Positions 1-14,029 of a stretch of DNA of 64,000 bases are shown here, one piece after another (the stretch's first letter is position 1; each line of letters starts with the position of its first letter). Source of the stretch: Macrostomum hystrix. Its lineage: Eukaryota > Animalia > Platyhelminthes. Position numbers and translations under genes: made by a program. Below the pieces are notes generated by a model, which worked only from the letters and a program-made list of their open reading frames with translations, ran no database searches and was not told the origin of the DNA. Location: NCBI GenBank assembly GCA_950097015.1, contig CATNEN010000001.1:17422001-17486000 (forward strand). The letters are read 5' to 3'.

Positions 1-777
1 AGAGATGAGACACGGGAGTTTCCATTGCCATTACACTTAATTTGCCATTGTAGAACTGAATGCCAATAAATAGCTATTTTTTGCTGGAGTGAAGCCCTGC
101 CCACCCACACACACCAGTGCGAACCCAATATATTGAAGTCAGGCGGTTTCACTATTCTCAACTCCACTTGAAGTTCCCCTATATCCCCCCAATGTGAATC
201 TCCCGGGAATCGCTCCGACCTAAACCCCTCATCGCTCAATTCGGAACAGCCAGCCAAAGCTTCCTTCTCCTTCTTCTTCTTTCGTTTGAATCCCAGATTA
301 CTAGGGATCAGGGCTTGATTCCTTTAATCAAAGCCGATGGCTAATAGCGGGTTAAAGCCTCGACCTGCTGGCCGAAATGAGTTCGGGCGCACAGCGGCAA
401 GTGTTATGCAAATTTGAGACAAAGAGATGAGGAACCGCGGCCGACCCGCAATGTCCGAATAGGGAACAGGCGGGATGGGAGATGGGAGATGGCGAGTCAG
501 CCGAGTGTCCACTCCGAGTTGGCAAACAGATCGAAAGGAACACCACTTATTTTTCAAGTTACTTCTTTTGCCAAGCCGCGCCCACCCATCGATCGATCTG
601 GTCCGAAGTGGCAAGTGGGAGGAGCTATTTTTAGCGCCGCATGGGGATTTCTAAATCCGGGTGGGGATCTGTGGCATCCCCCCGCCTCCCACATACAGGA
701 AATAAATATGGTGCCACTGTTTTACTGCTCGATTGGCGGGAAAGTTAACTCTTTGTAATTATTCAAAATTACATTCA

Positions 778-1370
778 TCCCATAATCCCATAATCACATT
801 TTCAATCCCATAATCCCATTTTCAATTCCATAATCCCATTCCCAATCCCATAATCCCATTCTAAATTGCATAATCCCATTCCCAATCCCATAATCCTATT
901 CTAAATCCCATTACCCCATTCTAAATCCCATTATTCCATTCTAAATCCCATAACCCCATTCTCGATCCCATAATCCTATTCTAAATCCCATAATCCCATT
1001 CCCAACATAATCCCATTCTCAATCCCATAATCCCATTCTCAATCCTATAATCCCATTCTAAATCTTATAATCCCATTCTAAATCCCATAATCCCATTCTC
1101 AATCTCATAATCCCATTCTAAATTCCATAATCCCATTCTAAATCCCATTATTCCATTCTAAATCCCATAACCCCATTCTAAATCCCATAATCCCATTCTC
1201 AATCCTATAATCCCATTCTAAATCCCATAATCCCATTTTAAATCCCTATAATCCCATTCTCAATATCAAAATCCCATTTTCAGTCCCATAATCGCATTCC
1301 AAATCTAATAATCCCAATCGAAATCCCTAAACGCCAGTTGAAATCCCATAATCCCATTATTAATCTTAAA
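778..1370. repeat. Minisatellite, ~20-bp unit AATCCCATAATCCCATTCTA
   Basis: Tandem copies read directly; edges are degenerate. Confidence 0.95.
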
Positions 1371-1742
1371 ATCACATTCAAAGCTCAACTATCCCTCTTC
1401 GAATCCTAACAACTCGTTCTATATTTGAGAATAATTTTCTAAATTCAGTGTCCCTTCTCGCACGCTAAATTCAACTTTAATTCTGAAATCGCAGATTTAA
1501 TTGTCGTGAAGAATAAAATTCGCAGCAATTTCTTGAATTCTTCACCGATTCATTGAAACTCCATTGGCGCATGGCACAATTTCCTGTAATTTTAAGCATC
1601 ATTCTTTCAGTTTAGTTGTCATAAAGGGCAGAGCTCAATAAATAGATAAATCAACTTACTTCCTGTTCATTGCTTTTTCAAAGAATAAGAAATTTAACAA
1701 CCTATCTTTTAGAACTTGTCACATTGAAAAAGATACTCTACT

Positions 1743-4632
1743 TGTCACTCACCAATTCATTCGGTCTGTCACTCACCAGTTCACTCTGTCAGTCACTCAC
1801 CAGTTCATTCTTTCAGTCACTCACCAGTTCATTCTGTCAGTCACTCACCAGTTCATTCTGTCAGTCACTCACCAGTTCATTCTGTCAGTCACTCACCAGT
1901 TCACTCTGTCAGTCACTCACCAGTTCATTCGGTCAGTCACTCACCAGTTCATTCGGTCAGTCATTCACCAGTTCATTCTGTCAGTCACTCACCAGTTCAC
2001 CCTGTCAGTCACTCACCAGTTCATTCTGTCCGTCACTCACCAGTTCATTTTGTCAGTCACTCACCAGTTCACTCTGTCAGTCACTCACCAGTTCATTCTG
2101 TCAGTCACTCACCAGTTCACTCTGTCAGTCACTCACCAGTTCATTCTGTCAGTCACTCACCAGTTCATTCTGTCAGTCACTCACCAGTTCATTCGGTCAG
2201 TCACTCACCAGTTCATTCGGTCAGTCACTCACCAGTTCACTCTGTCAGTCACTCACCAGTTCACACTGTCAGTCACTCACCAGTTCATTCTGTCAGTCAC
2301 TCACCAGTTCATTCTTTCAGTCACTCACCAGTTCATTCTGTCAGTCACTCACCAGTTCATTCTGTCAGTCACCCACCAGTTCATTCGGTCAGTCACTCAC
2401 CAGTTCACTCTGTCAGTCACTCACCAGTTCATTCTGTCAGTCACTCGCCAGTTCATTCTGTCAGTCACTCGCCAGTTCACTCTGTCAGTCACTCACCAGT
2501 TCACTCTGTCAGTCACTCACCAGTTCATTCTGTCAGTCACTCACCAGTTCATTCTGTCAGTCACTCACCAGTTCATTCGGTCAGTCACTCACCAGTTCAT
2601 TCTGTCAGTCACTCACCAGTTCATTCTGTCAGTCACTCGCCAGTTCACTCTGTCAGTCACTCGCCAGTTCACTCTGTCAGTCACTCACCAGTTCATTCTG
2701 TCAGTCACTCACCAGTTCATTCTGTCAGTCACTCACCAGTTCACTCTGTCAGTCACTCACCAGTTCACTCTGTCAGTCACTCACCAGTTCATTCTGTCAG
2801 TCACTCACCAGTTCATTCTGTCAGTCACTCACCAGTTCATTCTGTCAGTCACTCACCAGTTCATTCTGTCAGTCACTCACCAGTTCACCCTGTCAGTCAC
2901 TCACCAGTTCATTCTGTCAGTCACTCACCAGTTCATTTTGTCAGTCACTCACCAGTTCACTCTGTCAGTCACTCACCAGTTCATTCTGTCAGTCACTCAC
3001 CAGTTCACTCTGTCAGTCACTCACCAGTTCATTCTGTCAGTCACTCACCAGTTCACTCTGTCAGTCACTCACCAGTTCATTCTGTCAGTCACTCACCAAT
3101 TCATTCTGTCAGTCACTCACCAGTTCATTCTGTCAGTCACTCACCAGTTCACTCTGTCAGTCACTCACCAGTTCATTCTGTCAGTCACTCACCAGTTCAT
3201 TCTGTCAGTCACTCACCAGTTCATTCTGTCAGTCACTCACCAGTTCACTCTGTCAGTCACTCACCAGTTCATTCTGTCAGTCACTCACCAGTTCATTCTT
3301 TCAGTCACTCACCAGTTCACTCTGTCAGTCACTCACCAGTTCACTCTGTCAGTCACTCACCAGTTCACTCTGTCAGTCATTCACCAGTTCATTCTGTCAG
3401 TCACTCACCAGTTCACTCTGTCAGTCACTCACCAGTTCATTCTGTCAGTCACTCACCAGTTCATTCTTTCAGTCACTCACCAGTTCACTCTGTCAGTCAC
3501 TCACCAGTTCACTCTGTCAGTCACTCACCAGTTCACTCTGTCAGTCACTCACCAGTTCACTCTGTCAGTCACTCACCAGTTCACTCTGTCAGTCATTCAC
3601 CAGTTCACTCTGTCAGTCACTCACCAGTTCACTCTGTCAGTCACTCACCAGTTCATTCTGTCAGTCACTCACCAGTTCACTCTGTCAGTCACTCACCAGT
3701 TCATTCTGTCAGTCACTCACCAGTTCATTCTGTCAGTCACTCACCAGTTCACTCTGTCAGTCACTCACCAGTTCATTCTGTCAGTCACTCACCAGTTCAT
3801 TCTGTCAGTCACTCACCAGTTCATTCTGTCAGTCACTCACCAGTTCACTCTGTCAGTCACTCACCAGTTCATTCTGTCAGTCACTCACCAGTTCATTCTG
3901 TCAGTCACTCACCAGTTCACTCTGTCAGTCACTCACCAGTTCACTCTGTCAGTCACTCACCAGTTCACTCTGTCAGTCATTCACCAGTTCACTCTGTCAG
4001 TCACTCACCAGTTCACTCTGTCAGTCACTCACCAGTTCATTCTGTCAGTCACTCACCAGTTCACTCTGTCAGTCACTCACCAGTTCACTCTGTCAGTCAC
4101 TCACCAGTTCACTCTGTCAGTCACTCACCAGTTCATTCTGTCAGTCACTCACCAGTTCATTCTGTCAGTCACTCACCAGTTCACACTGTCAGTCACTCAC
4201 CAGTTCATTCTGTCAGTCACTCACCAGTTCATTCTGTCAGTCACTCACCAGTTCACTCTGTCAGTCACTCACCAGTTCACTCTGTCAGTCACTCACCAGT
4301 TCATTCTGTCAGTCACTCACCAGTTCACACTGTCAGTCACTCACCAGTTCATTCTGTCAGTCACTCACCAGTTCATTCTGTCAGTCACTCACCAGTTCAT
4401 TCTGTCAGTCACTCACCAGTTCACTCTGTCAGTCACTCACCAGTTCACTCTGTCAGTCACTCACCAGTTCACTCTGTCAGTCACTCACCAGTTCACTCTG
4501 TCAGTCACTCACCAGTTCACTCTGTCAGTCACTCACCAGTTCACTCTGTCAGTCACTCACCAGTTCATTCTGTCAGTCACTCACCAGTTCACTCTGTCAG
4601 TCACTCGCCAGTTCACTCTGTCTGTCACTCAC
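1743..4632. repeat. Minisatellite, 24-bp unit TCAGTCACTCACCAGTTCA(T/C)TCTG, ~120 copies
   Basis: Highly homogeneous tandem array; explains the spurious 1024-aa and 864-aa ORFs. Confidence 0.98.
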
Positions 4633-4835
4633 CTTAGAAGATGATTTCAAGAATTTCCCGAACAGTATCAAGCACAGAAGTTCCACTAGGCAAAGACAGC
4701 AATCAAGTTGCTTTTGCAAAGCCGCTACAGTGAGCAAAGTTTGAGTACTTTTCAGCCTGACATTCCACTCTTGAATGACGCCGATAATACTCGTGTAGCC
4801 TCTACTCTTCTGGGAATTCAGAGTTTTTGCTAAGC
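4633..4835 (-). other. Candidate 203-nt exon (alternative or cryptic) downstream of the GPCR exon
   Basis: TTTTTTCAG acceptor and AAG|GTGAGT donor; open in the frame set by the GPCR exon's phase-1 donor; translation is not clearly TM3-like. Confidence 0.35.
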
Positions 4836-5168
4836 CTGAAAAAACCCACAAACTTCAACCACTGCAGCCGCCTGCAAAAACACTTGAGGCACTTGTGGGC
4901 AATTGGATTTCTGAGATAGGACCACTGCTCCTGCTGCTGCTGCTCATTCTCTAATTCCCCCCCTACCATCGGCAAGAGCTTGACTTTTTATTTGTGGCTG
5001 TGTCAGGTTCTGCGGGCAGTTACTCTATACGGCTCACGACTGTATTGCTGACAAATCCGATTATAATCCACGGGGGTTGAGAACGCATTATAGGCAGAAC
5101 GGCCAAATTTTATGATTACTTGCATTTATATTTTTCGATACATATCGGCAGATAATTTTTTCACTCAC

Positions 5169-5425
5169 CCAGGACATTGTTGATCGATGACAGCGGCAGA
5201 ATGGTCAGGGCCAGTAGAAAGTCACTCAGAGCCAGATTGCCGATCAGCAGATTTGGCACGCTGCGCATTGCTTTGAACTTGAACAGCGACACAATCACCA
5301 AGGCGTTGCCGAATAGGGTCCACAGAGTCAGCACCGACAGCGTGATGGCAACTGGGATCTTCACACTCGGATCCCAGGAGGTCGCAGCCGACGATGGCGA
5401 CGGAGGTGTTGTCGTGGCGAAATCC
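5169..5425 (-). CDS. Class A (rhodopsin-like, probably aminergic-type) GPCR, exon encoding TM1-TM2; rest of gene not identified in window
   Basis: Translates ...LWTLFGNALVIVSL...NLLIGNLALSDFLLALTILPLS, with the GN (TM1) and NLAxSD (TM2) motifs; CTAAC...TTCAG acceptor and G|GTGAGT donor. Confidence 0.88.
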
Positions 5426-5499
5426 CTGAAGGCAGTGCCAAAGTTTCAAAATGTTAGACTGGTTTAACAAAATGGATCTGAATGGAAAACGGGAAAATA

Positions 5500-7155
5500 G
5501 AAAATGGGATAACTAGCTTGGGGATGTGAAGGGAAAATAGGAAAATGGGATAACTAGCCTGAGGATCTGAAGGGACAGTGGGATAGCTATATTGAGGATC
5601 TGAAGGGACAGTGGGATAACTAGCCTGAGGATCTGAATGGACTGTGGGATAACTAGCCTGAGGATCTGAAGGGACAGTGGGATAACTATATTGAGGATCT
5701 GAATGGACAGTGGGATAACTAAGCCTGAGGATCTGAATGGACTGTGGGATAACTAAGCCTGAGGATCTGAATGGACTGTGGGATAACTAGCCTGAGGATC
5801 TGAATGGACTGTGGGATAACTAGCCTGAGGATCTGAATGGACTGTGGGATAACTAGCCTGAGGATCTGAATGGACTGTGGGATAACTAGCCTGAGGATCT
5901 GAATGGACTGTGGGATAACTAGCCTGAGGATCTGAATGGACTGTGGGATAACTAGCCTGAGGATCTGAATGGACTGTGGGATAACTAGCCTGAGGATCTG
6001 AAGGGACAGTGGGATAACTAGCCTGAGGATCTGAATGGACTGTGGGATAACTAGCCTGAGGATCTGAATGGACTGTGGGATAACTAGCCTGAGGATCTGA
6101 ATGGACTGTGGGATAACTAGCCTGAGGATCTGAATGGACTGTGGGATAACTAGCCTGAGGATCTGAATGGACTGTGGGATAACTAGCCTGAGGATCTGAA
6201 TGGACTGTGGGATAACTATATTGAGGATCTGAAGGGACTGTGGGATAACTAGCCTGAGGATCTGAAGGGACAGTGGGATAACTAGCCTGAGGATCTGAAG
6301 GGACTGTGGGATAACTAGCCTGAGGATCTGAATGGACTGTGGGATAACTAGCCTGAGGATCTGAATGGACTGTGGGATAACTAGCCTGAGGATCTGAAGG
6401 GACAGTGGGATAACTAGCCTGAGGATCTGAAGGGACAGTGGGATAATTATATTGAGGATCTGAAGGGACAGTGGGATAACTAAGCCTGAGGATCTGAATG
6501 GACTGTGGGATAACTAGCCTGAGGATCTGAAGGGACAGTGGGATAACTAGCCTGAGGATCTGAATGGACTGTGGGATAACTAGCCTGAGGATCTGAAGGG
6601 ACTGTGGGATAACTAGCCTGAGGATCTGAAGGGACAGTGGGATAACTAGCCTGAGGATCTGAAGGGACAGTGGGATAACTATATTGAGGATCTGAATGGA
6701 CTGTGGGATAACTATATTGAGGATCTGAAGGGACAGTGGGATAACTAAGCCTGAGGATCTGAATGGACTGTGGGATAACTAGCCTGAGGATCTGAAGGGA
6801 CTGTGGGATAACTAGCCTGAGGATCTGAAGGGACTGTGGGATAACTAGCCTGAGGATCTGAAGGGACAGTGGGATAACTATATTGAGGATCTGAATGGAC
6901 TGTGGGATAACTATATTGAGGATCTGAAGGGACAGTGGGATAACTAAGCCTGAGGATCTGAATGGACTGTGGGATAACTAGCCTGAGGATCTGAAGGGAC
7001 TGTGGGATAACTAGCCTGAGGATCTGAATGGACTGTGGGATAACTAGCCTGAGGATCTGAAGGGACTGTGGGATAACTAGCCTGAGGATCTGAAGGGACT
7101 GTGGGATAACTAGCCTGAGGATCTGAAGGGACTGTGGGATAACTAGCCTGAGGAT
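5500..7155. repeat. Minisatellite, 33-bp unit GAGGATCTGAATGGACTGTGGGATAACTAGCCT
   Basis: Tandem array that ends about 75 bp from the GPCR acceptor. Confidence 0.97.
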
Positions 7156-7734
7156 TTTGCTGCTCAATCATCACACAGAAAAATATTGTGAAGCAAACCT
7201 ACTATTGAATTATTGGTGTGAAGAACTGCTTGGCTTGTACTCTAGTCAGTTTAGTTAAGAACGAATTAGATTGAAAGCAGAGATTAAATAATATAAGAAG
7301 CAGAGGATGAGAGTATTGACGAGAGAGTGAAAGTGCGAAAACGGGCCGTACCAGTGAGTACTCGAATAATGCATATAGTCAAGAGAATTGTGCCTTCAAT
7401 AAAAATCTACTCCGTATTTTTCTTTCACTCCACTTGACCGACTGAGCAGCTTTTCGGGTTTGGAAGTTTCATTTAAGTGAGTATACTTCTGCATCTAGGC
7501 TTTTTGTTAAAGATTTTTTCTACTTAAAAGAGAGAACGGCAGTCAGATTGATCTTTTTGATCTTTGAGACTTTGCTGACGACTCGCCTTAGAGACGGATA
7601 GAATGCGTTCTTCTCTTCCTAATTATCCCCTTTTCAATGTAAATTGCCCTTAGTGTAGCCTGTTTTTCTATTCCATTTTAACCATCTAAAAATAATTTCT
7701 TATTTTAAACTGAACTCAAAGCTCCAACTTTCTG

Positions 7735-8480
7735 TCATAATCTCACCCTGATCTATCATAATCTCACCCTGATCTATCATAATCTCACCCTGAACTATCA
7801 TAATCTCACCCATTCTAACATAATCTCACCCTGTTCTATCATAATCTCACCCTGATCTATCATAATCTCACCCTCATCTATCATAATTTCACCCTCATCT
7901 ATCATAATCTCACCCTGATCTATCATAATCTCACCCTCATCTATCATAATCTCACCATGATCTATCATAATCTCACCCTCATCTATCATAATATTACCAT
8001 GATCTATCATAGCCTCACCCTCATCTATCATAAAATCACCCTGATCTCTCATAGTCTCACCCTCATCTATCATGACTCAATCTCACCTTGATCTATCATC
8101 ATCTCACCTTGATCTATCATCATCTCACCTTGATCTATCATAATCTCACCTTGATCTATCATCTTCTCACCCTGATCTATCATAATCTCACCCTGAAATA
8201 TCATAATCTTAACATGATCTATCATAATCTCACCCTGAAATATCATAATCTCAACATGATCTATCATAATCTCACCCTGTTCTATCATTTTCTCACCCTG
8301 ATCTATCATCATCTCACCCTCATCTACCATAATCTCACCCTGATCTATCATCATCTCACCCTGATCTATCATCATCTCACCCTGATCTATCATCATCTCA
8401 CCCTGATCTATCATAATCTCACTCTGATCTATCATAATCTCACCTTGATCTGTCATAATCTCACCCTTATCGATCATAAT
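7735..8480. repeat. Minisatellite, 21-bp unit TCTATCATAATCTCACCCTGA
   Basis: Tandem copies. Confidence 0.95.
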
Positions 8481-8749
8481 GATTTCAATGCTGTCTATCA
8501 CACTCAAGTTTTCTTTTTTAACATTTTCGTCAATTGAAGTGAGTGAAGTGCATAGATTTTTTTGCTAATCTTAACGGATAACTCTCGGCAGTCACGTGAC
8601 CATTGAATTCACACAATTTGCTTGATTGCAGATTTACAGATCTCCTTGGTATCTAAGCTAATCTGAATTCCTAATATATATTTACAAAGTTGTTGACATA
8701 AAAAAATTTTGTGACAGCAGGATCTCAGAGAAATCAATTTGTTCATCCA

Positions 8750-9395
8750 AAGCCCCAAAATATAAAATCCCAGAATCCCAAATCATAAAATCCCAACATC
8801 TAGAATCCCAGACTCCAAAATCTAAATACAAAATCCTAATACCAGTGCCCCAAATTCCATAGCCCTTATATATCTGAATTTCAAAAACAAAGAATCCCAA
8901 ATTCCAGAATCCCAAATCCCAGAATCCCAACATCTAGAATCCATAATCCCTGAATCCCAATCCTATAATCCCAACATCTAGAATCCATAATCCCTGAATC
9001 CCAATCCTATAATCCCAACATCTAGAATCCATAATCCCTGAATCCCAATCCTATAATCCCAACATCTAGAATCCATAATCCCTGAATCCCAATCCTATAA
9101 TCCCAACATCTAGAATCCATAATCCCTGAATCCCAATCCTATAATCCCAACATCTAGAATCCATAATCCCTGAATCCCAAATTCTAGAATCCCAAATTCC
9201 AGAATCCTAATCCCTGAATTAAAAATCCCAGAATCCCAACATCTAGAATCCCAAACTCCAAAATCGAAGTACGAAAGCCTAACACCAGAACTCCAAATCC
9301 CAAAATCATGAATTCCAGAATCCCAAATTTCACAACCCTTATATATCCCAAATCCCAGAATCTAAATCCAAATATCCAATCATGATTCCCAAATT
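8750..9395. repeat. AATCCC-based minisatellite with a 44-bp core unit
   Basis: CCATAATCCCTGAATCCCAATCCTATAATCCCAACATCTAGAAT repeated at 8941-9180, with degenerate flanks. Confidence 0.9.
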
Positions 9396-10224
9396 GCCAA
9401 AAGATCTCATTTTCAACTTTTTACGAACTGTTTCCTGCACTTTTAGATCCAATTTTTTATTATGCGAGATATTTAGCAGTGAGAATGTTTTTCATAATGT
9501 TAAAAGACATTTCCTCCTTTCTAGCCAGCCAAGTTCACAAAAAGACTAAATTAGATTAATATCGCTTGCATCACACTTGCAACCAGACGTGCACACATCC
9601 TTGCACTAGCTCAGCTGAGATCAATCCCAGATAAAAGAAGACTGATGACTAGCACCCACACACACACAAGCGAGTGTTTCAGCCACTAACTATGCATTGT
9701 ATGTTAATAGTCAATAGTAAGATAACAGTGGATTCAAGTCTTTGCAAAAAAAGCAAAAAAAGCAACAGAAAAGCTGACAGAAGTGCAAAACAGAGAAGTT
9801 AAATTATTCTTCCTTATCTAGCAATAGCAATCTGCATGGGATATTTCCAGCTAGAAAGCGGATGAATTATTTGTCAAGTGAAATCGGCTCCAGTAGAACC
9901 AATTAGGTCAAGTCTTTCCTTTGGTCCACTTGGAGATGATTAAAAAATTTTTTTTCCTCAAGACACAAAAACTTAATCGAATTAAAAAACTCGAGAACTG
10001 GATTTCGTGAATTATGAATGTGGATGGTAGACTCAAAACCACTTGCCTATCTCAGTTAGTACATCTGAGTCTAGTTCATGCCCTTTCTTATAATTAGCAT
10101 TTTGCCATTCACCGCCAGTTACTGAGCTAGCTTGTTAGTCAGATTAAATTCTGACTTACTTCACTCTAGAGTGACTCTGATCTCATCAACATCTCCTGTA
10201 TATCTGCCGGACATTTCACTATAA

Positions 10225-11135
10225 CTCACCTTTATCTCATCATATCTCACCCATATCTCACCAAATCTCACCCACATCTCACCCATATCTCACCTATTTC
10301 TCACCCATATCTCATCAAATCTCACCCACATCTCACCCATATCTCACCTATATCTCACCCATATCTCACCCATATCTCACCCACATCTCATCCATATCTT
10401 ACCCAAATCTCACCCATATCTCACCCATATCTCACCTATTTCTCACCCATATCTCATCAAATCTCACCCACATCTCACCCATATCTCACCTATTTCTCAC
10501 CCATATCTCATCAAATCTCACCCACATCTCACCCATATCTCACCTATATCTCACCCATATCTCACCCATATCTCACCCATATCTCACCCACATCTCATCC
10601 ATATCTTACCCATATCTCATCAAATCTCACCCGTATCTTACCCATATCTCATCAAATCTCACCCGTATCTTACCCATATCTCACCCATATCTCACCCATA
10701 TCTTACCCATATCTCACCCATATCTCACCCATATCTCACCCATATCTTACTTATATCTTACCCACATCTCACCCATATCTCACCCATATCTTACTTATAT
10801 CTCACCCACATCTCACCCATATCTCACCCATATCTCACCCACATCTCATCCATATCTTACCCAAATCTCACCCATATCTCATCAAATCTCACCCGTATCT
10901 TACCCATATCTCACCCATATCTCACCCATATCTTACCCATATCTCACCCATATCTCACCCATATCTTACTTATATCTTACCCACATCTCACCCATATCTC
11001 ACCCATATCTTACTTATATCTCACCCACATCTCACCCATATCTCACCCATATCTCACCAATATCTCACCTATATCTCACCCATATCTCACCTATATCTCA
11101 TGATATCTCACCAATATCTCACCTTTATCTAACCA
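10225..11135. repeat. Minisatellite, 11-bp unit CTCACCCATAT
   Basis: Tandem copies. Confidence 0.95.
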
Positions 11136-11582
11136 AATCTCTGGTTTATCACATCTCGAGTCTTAATCACATCTCACTTCTGTGAGTCGCTATTATTATG
11201 CAATTTTCTTGTACGAAGTCCCTCGCCAAAACTTATCTCGCGTACTTACATTGTTATGGCTTGGAAGAAATTTATCAAAATATAAGTGATTTGTCTTTTA
11301 TCAATCCGATTAAGATAACAGTTATACCAATCTTTGTTAAACTGTCGTAAGAAGAAAATACTCGTATTTAAGCGCTGCATTAAACATAAGCTTTGAAGCG
11401 AGTTTAATATATTTGGCATGATTGCTTACTTTAGGCTGCAATGTTACTGGATCATTTCTACACAGCCAATCACTGACCAGAGATCAGATGTCACTTAAAA
11501 ATTATGCTCTCGTCGATGAAAGTAGTAAGGTAATAACACAGACTATCTTCATTTGGAAAATAGCAGAATTTAATTCTATTTA

Positions 11583-12510
11583 ATGTCACTCCATGATTCA
11601 CTCACCCACAATGTCACTCCATCATTTGCTCACCCACAATGTCACTCCACCATTTACTCACCCACAATGTCACTCCACCATTCACTTACCCACAATGTCA
11701 CTCCACTACTCACTCACCCACTCACCCACAATGTCACTCCAACATTCACTCACCCACAATGTCACTCCACCATTCACTTACCCACAATCTCACTCCACCA
11801 TTCCCTTACCCACAATCTCACTCCACCATTCACTCGCCCAAAATGTCACTCCACCATTCACTCACCCACAATGTCACTCCACTACTCACTCACCCACTCA
11901 CCCACAATGTCACTCCAACATTCACTCACCCACAATGTCACTCCACCATTCACTTACCCACAATCTCACTCCACCATTCCCTTACCCACAATCTCACTCC
12001 ACCATTCACTCGCCCAAAATGTCACTCCACCATTCACTCACCCACAATGTCACTCCACTACTCACTCACCCACTCACCCACAATGTCACTCCAACATTCA
12101 CTCACCCACAATGTCACTCCAACATTCACTCACCCACAATGTCACTCCACCATTCACTTACCCACAATCTCACTCCACCATTCCCTTACCCACAATCTCA
12201 CTCCACCATTCCCTTACCCACAATCTCACTCCACCATTCACTCACCCACAATCTCACTCCACCATTCCCTTACCCACAATCTCACTCCACCATTCACTCG
12301 CCCAAAATGTCACTCCACCATTCACTCACCCACAATGTCACTCCACTACTCACTCACCCACTCACCCACAATGTCACTCCAACATTCACTCACCCACAAT
12401 GTCACTCCACCATTCACTCACCCACAATGTCACTCCACCATTCACTCACCCAAAATGTCACTCCACCATTCACTCATCCACAATGTCACTCCAGGATTCA
12501 CACACCCACC
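11583..12510. repeat. Minisatellite, 28-bp unit ATGTCACTCCACCATTCACTCACCCACA
   Basis: Tandem copies with higher-order blocks; explains the overlapping ORFs. Confidence 0.95.
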
Positions 12511-13550
12511 ATAATTTCAGATGGCAAGTTTTCCAATCAATCGACAATTCCCGCCAATCGACAATCGACAATCGCAAAGTACTTAGCAATTTCTGCATCC
12601 GGAGCCGCAGTTTTGTCATTCAGATTCCAAGAAAAGAGTTCAGATTTCATCGCCGGAGTTTTTCGCAATCCTCTAATTGCGGTACCGAGTTTCTTTGTAT
12701 TTCTCTGTCGTCTCGCATTAATTAGAATTTTAGGTTTTTCTAATCTTCTAGGGGAAGGGGGATTGGTTTGCTGCTCCCAAAAACACCGGAAGCACTTTTC
12801 TTGTCTGAGCATCTCTCCTCTCAAATCTATAAGATCGGGTGAGAAGTTAAGAAAACCAAAATTTGTAAACAAAACTCACCGAAAATGCGCCTTTCATATG
12901 CTGAAAGTAGAGCGGTACGTTTCTTAGTGGTAAAATATAAAAGTGATTTTTATGTTCAAATTTTAGTTTCACCATGTCCTTCGTCTACTGTGAGTAGAGT
13001 GATACGTATCTAAAGACTTATTAAAAAATACTTAGAATTTCATCATGGATTTTGGATTTCATCATGAATCATGAAGTTTGTCTATTTCGAGTTGATAATG
13101 TATGAGTTGTTTGAACTAGTTTCACAGAATAAAGTTATAAACAAATCTTTTTTTAGCTTTACTCGTTAAAATAAATATATGACATTGTACTTACAGTACG
13201 ACTAAATGCTTTGTACAAGAGATAAGAGATAATATAAAATATAGCAACAATTTTCGAAAACCTGCTTTTTCTGACAAAAAAATCTTAGTATGATACCAAC
13301 AGATCTCTGTTTGGGCAAGAATTATACAAAGTAGAAGCTTCACATTTTACTGAAGCATGGTGCATTGTGTGGCATTTAAATAAAATAATAGTAAAGAACT
13401 TTTTGGACAAAATTGTGTATTAAAAATAGTAGAAGATACAACTGCAGATAGATAATAATTAAAACAAATCTAGATTGAAGAATTTACAGATCAACTGATT
13501 TAATAATTGAGGTAAATTAGGCTACCAAAAGTGTAGCAGAAAAAAATTTG

Positions 13551-13813
13551 TTAATTACACCTGCCCAAACTGGGTATGCCGATATGTATTGCGCGGCGCA
13601 TCTGAAGGCTGCGTACGGCTGTTCAGTCCATGGACTGGGGGGACGCCACACCCGCCCTCAATTACCCCAGCTGATGCTGGTACCCATTTAACAGCTGGGT
13701 GAACTGAAGCAATGCAGAGTTAAGTGCCTTGCTAAAGCTCTTGAATCGCTCCAGTCGGGGAATCGAACCTCCGACCTTCAAGTGATCAGTCTTACGCTCT
13801 AACCACTAGGCCC
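13551..13813 (-). mobile_element. tRNA-derived CORE-type SINE (family 1)
   Basis: Minus strand shows GGCCTAGTGG (A box), GGTTCGATTCC (B box), then CORE-like GCAAGGCACTTAACTCTG...CAGTTCACCCAGCTGTTAAATGGGTACC; the tail recurs at 17918-18085, 23990-24130 and 33345-33485. Confidence 0.8.
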
Positions 13814-14029
13814 TAGATCTCCCTAAAGGAACTTGGCATAAAAAGTTTGGTTCGATGGACTGCAGGGTCGCCAGACCTACTCAAATACCCATAATTGATA
13901 GCTGCCTTGATATCAAGGAGACATATCTCTATTCCTGGCCTGAGAATCGAACTCCCGACCCTGACTCAGTGCTAAAAAATCTTCAAAGAACGAGAAGTGA
14001 TAAAAATAAATTAATCAACTTACTGTTGC

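Noticed and set aside
778-1370. Telomeric repeat
   Set aside because: Units are AATCCCAT-based, not (CCCTAA)n
1670-4744. 1024-aa and 864-aa ORFs
   Set aside because: Stop-free readings of a 24-bp satellite; variation is not codon-structured and there is no domain
6745-12927. Periodic ORFs (IMIDQGE, THNVTPP and others)
   Set aside because: Translations of the 33-, 21- and 28-bp satellites
13745-13813. tRNA gene
   Set aside because: The A/B boxes run into a CORE-like SINE body; no complete cloverleaf or T-run terminator
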